From positions 29,016,440 through 29,080,439 of the forward strand of contig OZ037766.1 of NCBI GenBank assembly GCA_964035545.1: a DNA stretch of 64,000 bases. Direction: 5' to 3'. The DNA is from Bugula neritina. Taxonomy: Eukaryota; Animalia; Bryozoa. Below the pieces are notes generated by a model. It had not been told where the DNA came from, searched no databases, and saw only the letters and a list, made by a program, of their open reading frames with translations. Positions 37,159 through 49,537 of the stretch are shown here, one piece after another (the stretch's first letter is position 1; each line of letters begins with the position of its first letter). Both the position numbers and the translations under genes were made by a program.

Positions 37159-39874
37159 TTATTTAGAACAAACAACACAAGTAAGTTGTTTCTTGTCATC
37201 ATATGGTGGACAATGTCCAGTAGTTCCCTTTCCAGAGCAATCAGCTCTGATAAAGTAGAACAGAGCTCCCTCTGTATCACCACTCATCCCATTGATATAC
37301 TCAGGATCTTGATCCACACACTCATATGTAGTTGGATGGCCATGGTTGCAATGAGCAGTCATTAAATATCCTGAAATACAACTTGAATGTATTATATTGA
37401 CTCTTAAACTGACAAGTTTAGCAAACCATCTTTCATTTGTTAAATTTCTGTTTATTTGTTTTAAAAAAAACTAAAAAGATGCTATAATAGCAGTATATTA
37501 TGCAGACAAAGAATTTATGCCATATTAGTGAGAATTCAAAGTCATATTTTAAAAAAAGTGATTTTATAATGTCGATTACCTTCATACTCCTTAGTCCACC
37601 CAGATGGACAAGATCTCTTAGCTGGAATCATCATAAGAGCTGGTCTGTTCTCTGTATAACATCTGGCACATGGTACATTCTGGTTATGAGCTGTACTGGG
37701 GAATATTCCATAATGGTAAGATTGATATTCTGCACCATTTATCAAAGAGCCTCCACCATAGCCACTGGTGTAGACTTTGTTATATTGTGGGTCAGGGGGC
37801 ATACACTGGTAGTTAACTCCACCTCCTGTGCTATCATAATATACTCCACCAGCAAATCCTAAAACAATAAAATTATTGTGTTAGTATATTGTGCATGTGT
37901 ACATATAATTAGTAAACATTACTTAATCAGTTTAAAACCTAATAAGTTTCACTTTGTGTGTAGTAATACATTTTTACCAGCAATTTCATGGTGATTATTG
38001 ATATTGTCATATTCTTATTAAAAACCTGCTCTGTGATGCAAAATAATAGTAATCTAATTCACCTTCATAAAGTAAAGTTGATTGAGAACCACAAGATTTT
38101 CTTCCCCATCTTACATAAACAGCACCTCCTTCAATATGTGACACATTGCCTGGAGCACCTTTTACTCCTTTCATGCCAGGAGCACCTTTTATTCCTATAG
38201 GACCAGCTGCACCTGCAGCACCTTTTGCTCCAGGATTCCTATCCTTCCCAGCTGCACCTGTAGCGCCTTTTGTTCCATTGACACCTGGCAAGCCAGAAAC
38301 ACCAGGTGACCCCAAATCTCCTTTAGCTCCTTTAGACCCAGGAGGCCCTGCTGGACCTCTCAATCCTGTAAGTCCGAGACCACCAGGTAATCCATCTCTC
38401 CCTATTTATAAGACCGAACCATAAACAATTGAATAATAAAACACAAATTACTTATTGGATCGTCTGAAAGGCTTTTTTATTCTAATAAAAATGTCGATTG
38501 TGAGAATTGCTTTATTGCTTTCACCATCACGGCCGTTTGCACCATCTTTTCCATCTTTACCATCTCTGCCATCTTTACCATTTTCCCCATCCTTACCATC
38601 TTCCCCATCTCTACCATCATCTCCATCTCTACCATCTCTACCATCTTTACCATCTTTACCATCTTTACCAGCAACACCTCTAACTCCTAATACACATTGA
38701 AAACATATGATGACAAAATTAGGAATAGAGCTTTTTAATATTCTACATGTGTTAATACATATAGCACCTTTATTGTGGAAATATACATGCCCTTGCAACA
38801 GCAGCAAGGAGTTATACAAAATTAAAATATTAAAAACAGCCACAGCGCTGTAATATCCATTCAAATATACGTGTACACACACTTTGTACAATTAAACATA
38901 CAAACACTTACATCTAAGTATTCTCTATCTGTCATTCTTTGAAATACAATATAGCCTACAGTGCTTGGTAGTGGTTGAGCTAGCTAGTATAATATTATTG
39001 GTTGTGATATAAGCAGTAGAAGTCATATTAGTAGCATCAGTACAAGTAGTGTTGGTAGTAGCGGTAATGGTAGTGGCAGCAGCAGTGGCAGCGGCAGTGA
39101 TAGTGGCAGTAGTGGCGCCAACATGGGTATTTATAGATTGTTAAAGTGAGGTCTTTACCAAAAATGCAGATCTGTTCTAGCAAACTTGGAAGCTCTTCTC
39201 CCTCGCTTTCTCCAAAGTTTTCCGTTTTAGGCAATTCTCCAGTCAGCAACTTAAAAAGCAAGTTGTAGCAGAGCTGTTACTTTATACTTACATCTACTCA
39301 TTGAGTACATTATTATTTGAATGCATTGTATGTATATTATTGTATTGTATTGCATGTTATTGTAGTAAATAAAATAGCAACACTGCACACACGAAGTTTT
39401 TATGGAGTATTCAACTCTAACTCTGACAAATAAATACAAAATTTAAATGTTTGAATTATTTTCTGAGTAAAATTTATTCTTATTTCAACAGAGTTCCAGG
39501 CACTTCCAGAAAACAACTAGAGCTACTATGTAGTTCAAACTTACAGTTTTGAGTAAGGAGTAAACTGTTGCTTGAAGTTCTTTATTAGTTTGTTGTTGAA
39601 TCTTGGATTCCTGCTGTTGAAGCTCTAACTCTTGCAGTAAAGATTTATCTTTTAGCTGTAAAGCTTCCACTTGTTGCTGTAGAACTACACTCTGTTGCTG
39701 TAAAGCTATAATTTGTTGCTGATGCGTTTCATTCTGTTGTTTAAGAATGACTTCCAATTTTTCCTGTTGTTCTGCCAGCAACTCTCTAACACCCTCTACA
39801 TCATAACTTCCAACACTATCTGAGTATCCAATCAGAAAACAGAGTGTGATCAAAATTACTACTGGAACACGCAT
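37159..39874 (-). CDS. G6: short-chain collagen C4-like protein with divergent N-terminus (470 aa; 47 triplets, one Gly>Arg break)
   Basis: Exons 39874-39545, 39249-39159, 38686-38525, 38401-38063, 37858-37580, 37370-37159; 1413 nt in frame; same intron phases; exon 2 is still 91 nt. Confidence 0.87.
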
Positions 39875-40659
39875 CTTCGTATTCACTCAGCAAAACTTTA
39901 TAAATCAAAACACAAGGAGACACTGAAACTGTTTATAACACTCTCTTCTTAGAAGCTGCTTCTGTAAAATCCGTCCATTTATGTCTATCATACTATGATT
40001 ATGAACAGAATTGATACAACTTTTATATTCACAAGGAGCCAATGATCAAGTCACATCTATTAGCTGGACCCAGCTGCTGCGTATAATCAATCTCTCTACT
40101 CTATTCAGTTTGCTCATGAGATAGAAATAAGTCTTTTGTTACATTGTTATAAAATATACATTTTATTGTCATTTAGTTTTGTACTGTACCTATTACCTTT
40201 CAAAAGTGATATGCAGTTTCTTTTTTGATATAAGTTGAATAATTTGCTTTTTAATTTTTAAACTGCAAATAGTTGTTCAAAGATTTTGGTTGCTTATAGG
40301 ATCCTTATATACATTGTTATTGTTTACTATCACTATATTGTTATTGTTTAATGATATTATAGGGCTACTATGGTTTTCATTTGGCTAATTTGCTATTTTC
40401 TGGCACTTAGTGATGCACTCTATTTTTGATTATGAATGTTGTCACTAGCTTTAAAATTTTGTTTTGCTCATAGACTATGTACCATAACTAGCTGCACATT
40501 AAACTTACTATTTTTATAAATTAATCTAACCAACCTAAACTTAACTTACCCCGTTCAACTTTGGTGTAACGCGGAAGTTATTAGAATTCCCTTTGGCTAA
40601 CATCAGTATTTATATCTCTTAAAAACTCAACATTCCGATGTTATCATCACATAAAAATA

Positions 40660-41120
40660 ATTCAGTTTAAGAATTTTTTATAGACTGTATTATACATAAA
40701 GGTGTTTTTATTAGCCTGTTATATATTGAGGTATTCAGTTTAAGAAGGAAGTTCCTAGTTCATATCAGCTCATAGAACAACTAATAATCATCAGTATTCA
40801 GTCACATTCAGTGTTATCTGATTCAATCATCAGTTCTGAGTACATAAGTTTATTATCAGAATAATAGAAATATTTTATTCTTTTTATATAAAATCATTTA
40901 AACTAACTTTAGGTATGCTATGTTTTGATTTCATTGCTCTTGTGAATAAATTTTTTGATGGTAGGAATTAGTTGCATTTAATTTGTAACCATATCATGCA
41001 GTTGCGTGTGTTTCACGGCCTTCACAATACTGCATACCATGACACTTGTACGGTCATCAGTGTACAATAAGTGGATGCTGAGTTAGTGATTAGTCTAAAT
41101 GTTATATTACAGATAAAGTT
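40660..41120 (-). repeat. Orphan copy of the array's 3'-flank module with no attached gene
   Basis: Aligns by eye with 57090-57480 (downstream flank of G8), e.g. ggaagttcctagttcatatcagctcatagaa...cagttctgagtac...gcatttaatttgtaac. Confidence 0.7.
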
Positions 41121-41553
41121 TCTGGTTAAAGAGGCTGCATATTCTATGACATTGTCCAAGCTGGAACTCATAGGCAAAGACTATATGATCAAATAAGAAC
41201 TTTTCCACACTCATACTAATATTTTACATTTGTGCAGTCGATCACAATTCTACTTATTTTTTAGCATATAAGGCTTAATTTATAATACTACTTGCTATTC
41301 AAAATATGCTTAATTCACCACATTGTCATATGTTACCATATTACAGTTGACTGCTAGAAGTAGATTTAGAATCAAGCAAACACTTGCATTGGACTTCATT
41401 TCAATTTGCCACTATATATGCACCTGAAATAATTTGCTTGCTTGCGCTTTAACTTCTTGCATTGAGTTAGTGCTTTATCTATAGGTGTAAATACTTCCTA
41501 ACTTTGTTCCAGCTTGGCTACAGAGTCAAGATATTCAAAAGTAAGTTTATACA

Positions 41554-43140
41554 ATGTCTAATATTGCCAACACAGAGTTACCTGACATACAACAACATAT
41601 AGCCACTGAATGTTGTACGATTGAGTTCGCCGATGACTCAGACCCGTTACAGAGCCCGGGAGACCCAGTCACTGAGTCTGCAGAACAAATCGGTTCTGGA
41701 CAGTTAAACAGATCTTTAGAAGTCAATGACTCTACGTCCATGTCTATAGAGATTAAAAGAAAGTATAAATTTACTAGCAGTACCTCTATCACGCCGGTCT
41801 CGGCCAATGAGAGAGCAGAATTTAAAGTGACCGCTAAAGGGGTAAACAAAGCTACAGCTAAATGTCGTATAGCACCCATGAAACAACAACTCAAGATTCT
41901 TCAACTAGAACTCAATGCGGCCGTATTATCAAAGAGAGGCAAACAAGTTATCGAGACTGAAATGCGCTATGAGTTTGAGAAAGTTTATCAGCTTATAGAT
42001 TCTGAATCGGTGCTCAAGATGCTCCAAAAGAAGTCAAAAAGGTTTCATGTTTACGAGGGTGTACGCATTGGAGAAATTCAGGAAGCAACCAATGGGGATA
42101 TGAGCTGCTGCCACTGGGCAAGTGGCAAGGAAAACACGGCAGATTGGTTTAAAAGAGGGAACCCTGTCAATGACATTGGACCTGCGAGTGAATGGTGGAG
42201 AGGCCCAAATTTTCTCTATCTGCCGGAAGATCAATGGGATATAAAATCGCCATCTGACTCAAATGAGCTTGTCTTTGGAGAGAAGAAAATAGTTTACACC
42301 GTGATTGCATCAACAGAAGTCCAATCATTTATTCAATATAAAAATTTCAGCAGTCTCAAGAGTCTAACATAGACAATAGCTCAAGTTCGCAACATCTTCA
42401 AGTACAAAAGTTTTAAGGGAATCCAACCTGATCTCATCACTGTGACAGATCTATGGCAGACCAAACTCTACTTCCTGAAGCAGGTACAACGCACTATAGA
42501 TTCTGAGTTGAACAAGATTAAAGGGAAATATACAAGACTTCACCCCATTAAGACAGAGAGTGGAGTATGGATAATAGGCAGTAGACTCCTAAGGCATAAC
42601 CCCATGATAGCGATTAAAACGCACATGCAATCAACCCTTCCCACCACTCACTATACTTTACCTACTTGGCAATGCGGCAGGCACATACAGACAGCTATCA
42701 CCGTGGCCGAGATGCAACACTCGCAAGATTCCGAGAAAAGTTTTGGACTGGCTCTGGTAAATACAGTCTCAGATGACTTCTGGCAAAAGTGGACCGAATT
42801 GTATGCACCCACACTGATTCATCACCAAAAGTGGCATACCCCAAGACGAAACTTTCAGGTGGGAGATGTTGTAGTTGTTATGGATCCAAATCAGTTGCAT
42901 AATCAGTATAAACTAGCTCGAGTACATCAAGTATATCCGAGCAAGGATGGCGTAGTAAGGAAAATAGCCCTTTCCTACAAAAAAGCTATAAGGTAGCAGG
43001 AAAACTGAGGGACTATGTAGGCTGTAAAGACACTATCATAACCCGCAGCATGCATAGGTTGACTTTATTAACTGAGGTGAACCCATAAATGACTGATCTA
43101 CCTTCTTGGCCGTGTGTACGCTCGTGTCGCTGGAGGGGGT
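41554..43140 (+). mobile_element. Decayed BEL/Pao LTR retrotransposon pol remnant
   Basis: Pao RNase H region motifs AKCRIAP, LELNAAVL, DSESVL, RIGEI, ENTAD..RG, WWRGPNFL. C-terminal DUF5641-like FWQKW..LY, KWH, QVGDVVVV, YKLARV..VYPSKDGVVR. Stops and large deletions; purine run near 43130. Confidence 0.85.
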
Positions 43141-44529
43141 TTGCATTCAACCGTTTTTCGGGGGACGTGCTGGTGCGCGGAGGGGTCAGCGGATTGGTGC
43201 AAGAATTTCATGGTCTGTGACTGATCTTATTTTGTTTTGTTTGTTTTGATTTACATAATTTATCAATATTTGTCAGAATAGTATCCGCCAAACAATTCGA
43301 CCCCACCGATGTATTGGTATGCCACCCAGATGTATTGGCAGGCCGCCAATCATTAAAGCTTTCAGGCTTTAAAGCTTTCACCAAAGCTATTATTAGCTGG
43401 CAGGGCTAGTGCTATAATTCACTGTACTGCATGAGTCAGTGTGTCATGATCAAACCGTCAGAGAGGAGCATTTTTAGCATTATACGATTAACACACAGTT
43501 AGACTCCAATATTTACACTCTTTGTGAGAATAGACTATCGGTTTTGGCATTGTGATGGCTAAGAAGTTTATCTATGCATCAATATTGCAAGTTTTATTAG
43601 AATTATAATAGATCATATCAATTTGTTTGGTTCTGTAATGTTCATGGTGTTTCTCTGACTTTTGATTTATATTGTTACTACTTACTTATACAATTTCTAT
43701 TTTTTCCCATTTTTCTAGGGTACGGTTTGAGAGTAAATAAACTTGAAAACCTGTTGCCAAGTTGGCTAGTAGTTAAAGTAAATCATTCAACCAGACACTA
43801 ACACAAAACCGATACAGTTATATTATATCATTGTCCAACGAAAATATTAAATAAATTTAAATTTTATTAAAAATGAATTTCTATATATTAAATTATGTAT
43901 TAAAATGTATTTTCCTAGATTTATTACTTATAATAAATTTTCACTTAATAATTGATGGGTTGGAATTGATCAAGGACGACAATTAACAATTTAGATATTA
44001 CTTGATATAATTTTGCTTTAAAAGTTAGTGTATGCAATCCAGCAACTGTAGAATAAAAATAGGAGTTATCTCCGCTCGACAAATGTTTATTTATGGTTTG
44101 GTTTGGCAATATTACTCATGTATAAACAATATATGTGATTCTATGTGTATTGTGCAACGGTTAGCACTCAGGTTAATATTCTGTGTGACAAATTTGGGAT
44201 TTGCTCCCCCAAAGAATTGAAATTATAAGATATATATTATATGTTTTGTATAATATGTATATCTATATTTGATGATAATATCAAAGCAAGCAAAATTACA
44301 ATAACAAAATATTACAAGAAATTAACCAAACCAAAAAAAAGATTATCCTAGCGATCCTTTGAAATCTTGCTGTGTTTACATTATACTAGCAAACATAAAT
44401 TAATAAGTCTGACAAGCAAGATAGACAAATTATCCAGATTAGATTCACAAAAGAATTGCAGTTAAAACATCAATATTTAAAATACTTCCTTCAACATATA
44501 TTTCAACAAATTTCAACAAATATTTCACA

Positions 44530-45267
44530 ATGCGTTCTACTAGATCAACTAAGTCTACCTCAGAAGATGAGGTGACTCTAAAAACACTGGACAACAAACT
44601 AGATCTGGTTTTGAGTGAATTCTCCAGTATCAAATCAAGGCTGACAGCTATTGAGAATACTCAAAAAGAATTCGAAAAGTCCCTGGAATTCGTACATCAA
44701 GAAACTAGGAAAAATGACTACAATATCTCAAGGATTGAAAATTCTGTCAAACACGTTGAACAAAAACTGGAGGAGTACAAGTCTCTTGATGAGAGAATAG
44801 AGACATCTGAACACCATGAGAGAGCAAAGTGCGTCGAGTTAAATGGTATTGAATACAACAAAGATGAAGACCTAATGACTGGTTTTGATAGAATCATCAA
44901 AAATCTAAAAATGACCTCAATATCAACTACACAAGACATTGATAAAATCTATAGAATTCGACAAACCAAGCGCATCGTGGTTAAGTTTGTTCACACCAAT
45001 AAAAGAGATACATTCTTCCACACTTATCGTAAAAGTATTATGTCAACAAAACAATTAGGTTTTCAAACAGATTCCAAAATATTTATTAACGAGGTTCTCA
45101 GTAGTAAGCAAAGGGACCTTTTTTGGAAAACCAGAAACTTCAAAAAATCAAACAACTATAAGTATGTTTGGACATTTGCCCAACGAATTTACTTGCGCAG
45201 AACACCTGACTCGGAGGCTATCCAAATAAATGATGTAAATGATCTCGAGAACCTGAAATGTGTTTAG
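44530..45267 (+). CDS. LINE ORF1 (coiled coil plus RRM/CTD-like region, FP-protein-C-like tail)
   Basis: 245 aa. N-terminal heptads, VELNGI, RIVVKF, IFINEVLS..QRDLFWKTR....NYKYVW....IYLR; directly upstream of ORF2. Confidence 0.85.
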   Translation: MRSTRSTKSTSEDEVTLKTLDNKLDLVLSEFSSIKSRLTAIENTQKEFEKSLEFVHQETRKNDYNISRIENSVKHVEQKLEEYKSLDERIETSEHHERAKCVELNGIEYNKDEDLMTGFDRIIKNLKMTSISTTQDIDKIYRIRQTKRIVVKFVHTNKRDTFFHTYRKSIMSTKQLGFQTDSKIFINEVLSSKQRDLFWKTRNFKKSNNYKYVWTFAQRIYLRRTPDSEAIQINDVNDLENLKCV

Positions 45268-45317
45268 TGTACCTCACTTTTGTATTTAACTTAAACTGCT
45301 AAGTTATCTTTTGCAAA

Positions 45318-48188
45318 ATGCATGAAATTAACTGCACAGCATACGACATCTTTTCTTTTAACAAACTAGAAGTAAATAATTCAACTTTCTCTCTTCTTAA
45401 CTTTAATATTCAAAGCATTAGAAATAAATTTTCACATTTTGAATATTTTTTGAACACTTTTTCTAACCCCTTTGATGTAATTTGTTTAACTGAAACTTGG
45501 CTAAATGATGATGAAATTCAATTTTTTAAACTTGAAGGTTATGATTTTGTAGGTAGTCAGAGACTGGGTAGAGGAGGTGGTGTTGGGGCCTATGTGCGGT
45601 GTGGCCTGGGGGCCGACACGAAGGCTGTTTCGCTGTCTGGAGCAGACGTCCTCTCACTTGTTCTACACAGTCAGGCCTCAAAGTCTTCCCATTTCAGACT
45701 CACAATTATATACAGGCAGCCCGGTGCTTCCTCCACTGATGCGTTTCTTAGTGACCTGGAGGCTTATATTTCCCATGATTCTTCTCCCCATATTGTAGTA
45801 GGTGACATCAATATAGATACCCTTGACATGAATGTAAGTGACACTTATTCCACCACTATTTCTACCTATGCCTTTTACAATGCTATCACTCTCCCAACTA
45901 GAATCTCATCGTCACGAGCTAGCTGTTTAGATCATATCCTTCTAAACTTCTCTTGCATAAACGGTAAATCTGGAACCATTGAGTCAGATTTGAGTGACCA
46001 CCTACCCACTTTTGTGACGTTTCAACTGAATTGTTCAAATAGAACTAATATTGTCTCAGATGATATGTATAGAACTATTAATTATTCCAAACTAGTTTCC
46101 AAGATAAACTCATTTTGCTGGTTGAAGCTCTTTGATGACTCACAAAATTGTGAAGTAAACTATGATATATTTATTACTAGACTAAAATTTCTCATTGAAA
46201 GTTGTTCACAGACTATTGAAAACAATAGGCCTTCTAAAAAGTTTGCACAAAAACCATGGATTACTGAACATCTTTTAACTCAAATCAAAAAGAAATATGC
46301 ACTTCACAAACGAGTGAAAAAAGCACCCCTGAATAAAAAGATTTTAAAAAGATATAATGCTTTTAGAAATAATTTGAATGCTGATCTGAGAACCGCTAAA
46401 TATGATTATTTTAAAGCTTTTATTAGCAATTGTAACAGTTCGCAGCTTTGGGTACTTATAAATGAACAAACAGGGAAAGCCAAACTAAACAAAAGATGCT
46501 TTTCATCAAAACTGTATTCGGTTGAGGACTCTGAAACCATGCTAGATAGCAATATGGATATAGCTAACAATTTCAATCTGTATTTTTCAACAATAGCCCA
46601 AAAACTAGCTTCAAATTTTACAAATTCGAACTCCGATACCTACTCAATGCTGACAAATATTACTAAAGAAGAATTTCATTTAAAAAAAACTGATGAATCT
46701 CAAATAATTGAGATCATTGAAAAACTAGATTCCAAGAAAGCTATAGGTTTAGACAATATCCCGACTAAACTTATCAAATTTTGCAAAATTTCACTATCTA
46801 CACCACTTGCCTATTTATTTAACAAAAGCATAGAAGAAAAAATTGTTCCAGCGCAAATTAAAACTGCTAAAATATTACCATTCTACAAAAAAGGTTCTCA
46901 TGACAGATGTGAAAACTACCGCCCTATTTCAATCCTCCCCATTTTTAGTAAAATACTTGAAAAAATTGTTAACAATCAAATTTTAAACTTTTTAGAATCT
47001 AAAAATTTGATTTCTAAGAATCAATATGGCTTTCGAAAAAATTTAAGTACTGCAGATGCTGTTGTTAAATTTAAAAATAATACGCTCGAAGCTTTTAACA
47101 ATGGAAATTGCGTTCTCGGAATTTTTATAGATTTTAGTAAGGCTTTTGACACTATAAATCACAATATTTTACTTGCAAAAATGAGAAAACTTGGTTTTAG
47201 TGAATCCACAGTGTCATGGGTTGCTAACTACCTATCAAACCGAAGTCATTCCACACTAGTAAATGCAACCTTATCAAGTTCACGATCAGTGACCTGTGGG
47301 GTTCCCCAGGGATCTGTCTTGGGCCCTACCTTATTTTTGATATATATAAACGATCTTGCTCAACAATTTAAACTTTTTAATCCCATTTTCTATGCCGACG
47401 ACACTAATTTATTTTTTGAATCAAAAGATTTGAACTCCCATTTGGAAGCTATAAATCAAGATCTAAACTCTCTGTCAATTTGGTGCAATAAAAACAAACT
47501 CACTATAAACTATGAAAAATGCAACTATATTGTTTTAAAAAACTACCAAAATCCTTTTCAAATTCTAGAAAACTGTATATTATTAAATAAAAGACCTATA
47601 AATTACTCTAACAGCATAACTTTTCTAGGTGTACAAATAGATAAAAATTTAAATTGGAGCTTGCACATCTCAAACCTACTTACAAAATTACGACCACTTA
47701 GTGGATTAATATACCGATGTTCTGAATATCTCCCTCAAAAAATTTTACTTTTGATATATAATTCTTTCATCAATTCCAAGTTAAATTATTGTGCAGAGGC
47801 CTGGGGAAATGCAGCTAATACCCATCTAAACAAGATTTTTATTTTTCAAAAAAAGGTAATGCGTATCATGAACAAAAAACCGTTTGACCATCCATCAGCG
47901 CCTCTATTTACTAAGCATAAAGTTCTCTCAATATACCAGATTTACCGTTTTAAAGTGTTAAAGAAAGCTCATTCTTTTTTCTACTCTGACAATTTTTTTC
48001 CCACTCACTCTATCAATACACGTCAATCATTCATAAATCTCCCCCTTCCTCACTCTCAAACAGCAGCAGGTCACAGAAGAAACTGTTATCAGGAGGTGGC
48101 ACTATGGAATGAACTGCCAATCCCTTTACGGTCAATTAGCAACCCTAATGAATTTGGGAGGAAGTTGAGGCTTTATCTGTTAGAATAG
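45318..48188 (+). CDS. LINE ORF2: AP endonuclease plus reverse transcriptase
   Basis: 956 aa. APE motifs NIQS, LTETWL, GGGV, IYR, GDINID, PTR, LDHI, SDH. RT motifs YRPISIL, QYGFR, DFSKAFD, GVPQGSVLGP, YADDT, FLGV. Confidence 0.95.
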   Translation: MHEINCTAYDIFSFNKLEVNNSTFSLLNFNIQSIRNKFSHFEYFLNTFSNPFDVICLTETWLNDDEIQFFKLEGYDFVGSQRLGRGGGVGAYVRCGLGADTKAVSLSGADVLSLVLHSQASKSSHFRLTIIYRQPGASSTDAFLSDLEAYISHDSSPHIVVGDINIDTLDMNVSDTYSTTISTYAFYNAITLPTRISSSRASCLDHILLNFSCINGKSGTIESDLSDHLPTFVTFQLNCSNRTNIVSDDMYRTINYSKLVSKINSFCWLKLFDDSQNCEVNYDIFITRLKFLIESCSQTIENNRPSKKFAQKPWITEHLLTQIKKKYALHKRVKKAPLNKKILKRYNAFRNNLNADLRTAKYDYFKAFISNCNSSQLWVLINEQTGKAKLNKRCFSSKLYSVEDSETMLDSNMDIANNFNLYFSTIAQKLASNFTNSNSDTYSMLTNITKEEFHLKKTDESQIIEIIEKLDSKKAIGLDNIPTKLIKFCKISLSTPLAYLFNKSIEEKIVPAQIKTAKILPFYKKGSHDRCENYRPISILPIFSKILEKIVNNQILNFLESKNLISKNQYGFRKNLSTADAVVKFKNNTLEAFNNGNCVLGIFIDFSKAFDTINHNILLAKMRKLGFSESTVSWVANYLSNRSHSTLVNATLSSSRSVTCGVPQGSVLGPTLFLIYINDLAQQFKLFNPIFYADDTNLFFESKDLNSHLEAINQDLNSLSIWCNKNKLTINYEKCNYIVLKNYQNPFQILENCILLNKRPINYSNSITFLGVQIDKNLNWSLHISNLLTKLRPLSGLIYRCSEYLPQKILLLIYNSFINSKLNYCAEAWGNAANTHLNKIFIFQKKVMRIMNKKPFDHPSAPLFTKHKVLSIYQIYRFKVLKKAHSFFYSDNFFPTHSINTRQSFINLPLPHSQTAAGHRRNCYQEVALWNELPIPLRSISNPNEFGRKLRLYLLE

Positions 48189-48367
48189 TTGTATTTTTTT
48201 TGTATTTTTCTGGATTGAGTCGCTGTCAGCTCGTGTTGGCCCGCGCATGACTAGCTAGGCTATAGCGCAATGGGCCTCATCATCGCCTCCTTGGCATTTT
48301 CTAATGTCCTTGTGTTATTAAATACCTTTGATGAAATAAACCAAACAAACAAACAAACAAACAAACA

Positions 48368-48710
48368 TAAACTTGTGCAGCTTTGAAATTAATTTCTCAA
48401 TTCAAATATTTTCTCCAATATAAATTTGTGCAGCTTTGAAATAAATAATCCAATATAAGTATTTTCTCAAATATAAATTTGTGCAGCTTTGAAATTAATT
48501 TCTCAATTCAAACATTTTCTCCAATATAAATTTGTGCTGCTTTAAAATAAATTTCTCAATTCAAATAATTCTTTCAATATAGATTTTCGTACCTTCAAAC
48601 TAAATTTCTCAAATATTTTTTTCAGATAGATTTGTGCTGCTTTAAAATCAATAAATCAATTCAAACAATTTTCTTTAAATAAATTTGTGCTGCTTTAAAA
48701 GAAAATCAAT
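48368..48710. repeat. 53-bp minisatellite, about 7 units (taaatttgtgcagctttgaaat...)
   Basis: Units start at about 48368, 48421, 48474, 48527, 48580, 48627 and 48680. Confidence 0.85.
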
Positions 48711-49365
48711 GAATTTAGTAGTTCAAATTGAATAATAATAAAAAAGAGGTTAATATATCCTCAACATAAAATTGTAAAGTTACTTACTGCAACCAGTCTA
48801 TATTACTGATATATGTGTATTAACTATAGTCAATTTTCTTGATATTCCTTCTAATAATAATGTAATTGTTACTGCTGTTACTATAACTGCTGTATCTTCT
48901 GTACTCCAATTCTCTTCATTATCTTCACTCGCCTTTATCTTCTTCATATAAACCAGATCATGATTTTTCAGAGATTCGGCGTCTCCTTTTAGACTGAATC
49001 TTCTTGGCGATGGTTCAAAATTTAAGAACACCGGCAATAACTGGTGAAAACTGGCCGATGAAAACTGGCCGCAGAAATTGACGCGAAATTCAGTTAGGTA
49101 TGTTGTCAGCCTACAGCCAAGATAGGGATTGACGTAAGAAGGATCTATTGTTGGCTCATCTTTGTATATTGTGGGCTATATAATCATTAATTGTACCGCA
49201 ATCTATAATATAACGAATAACTTTTAAACTATAATATAATAAAATGTATCAGCCAATGCTCACGTGTTGATCTTTGTAACGGGCTATATCAATGTTAAAT
49301 AATTTATTAAGCATTTAAAATATTGTACATCATCTATATATGTTGGTGTAAATAAATATTCACAC

Positions 49366-49444
<79 letters not shown>

Positions 49445-49470
49445 GAAGTAAAATGAGATTTGATTAATAT

Positions 49471-49537
49471 AATGGCATTTATTACTAGTAGTTTCGTACA
49501 CAAGAACGATGTGCACTCGTCAGATAAATTAGCCACT
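49471..49537 (-). ncRNA. Type I hammerhead ribozyme
   Basis: Reverse complement of 50151-50217. Confidence 0.85.

Larger units (their letters stand above)
44390..48371 (+). mobile_element. Apparently full-length non-LTR retrotransposon of the CR1/L2 group (Crack-like)
   Basis: Two intact ORFs, a 3'UTR stem-loop (ggccc...gggcc, 48238-48276), and AATAAA followed by an (AAAC)n tail. The 5' end is uncertain; caaacataaa occurs at both 44390 and 48362. Confidence 0.85.

Noticed and set aside
38525-38686. Integrin-binding RGD motifs in the charged collagen exon
   Set aside because: The repeat is G-R-D, not R-G-D. Only a single KGD occurs in the long exon 4, which is common in collagens.
43140-43800. 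Possible 3' LTR of the BEL/Pao remnant
   Set aside because: It follows a purine run and contains AATAAA, but there is no matching 5' LTR or clear TG...CA boundary.
48368-48710. CRISPR-like array (also the 43-bp upstream repeats)
   Set aside because: The units are degenerate full-length tandem repeats without unique spacers; the context is eukaryotic and there are no cas genes.
48720-49340. Minus-strand 79-aa ORF and CpG-richer segment, possibly part of another element or gene (similarly 51330-52245)
   Set aside because: I could not identify a recognisable domain, termini or a second copy by eye.
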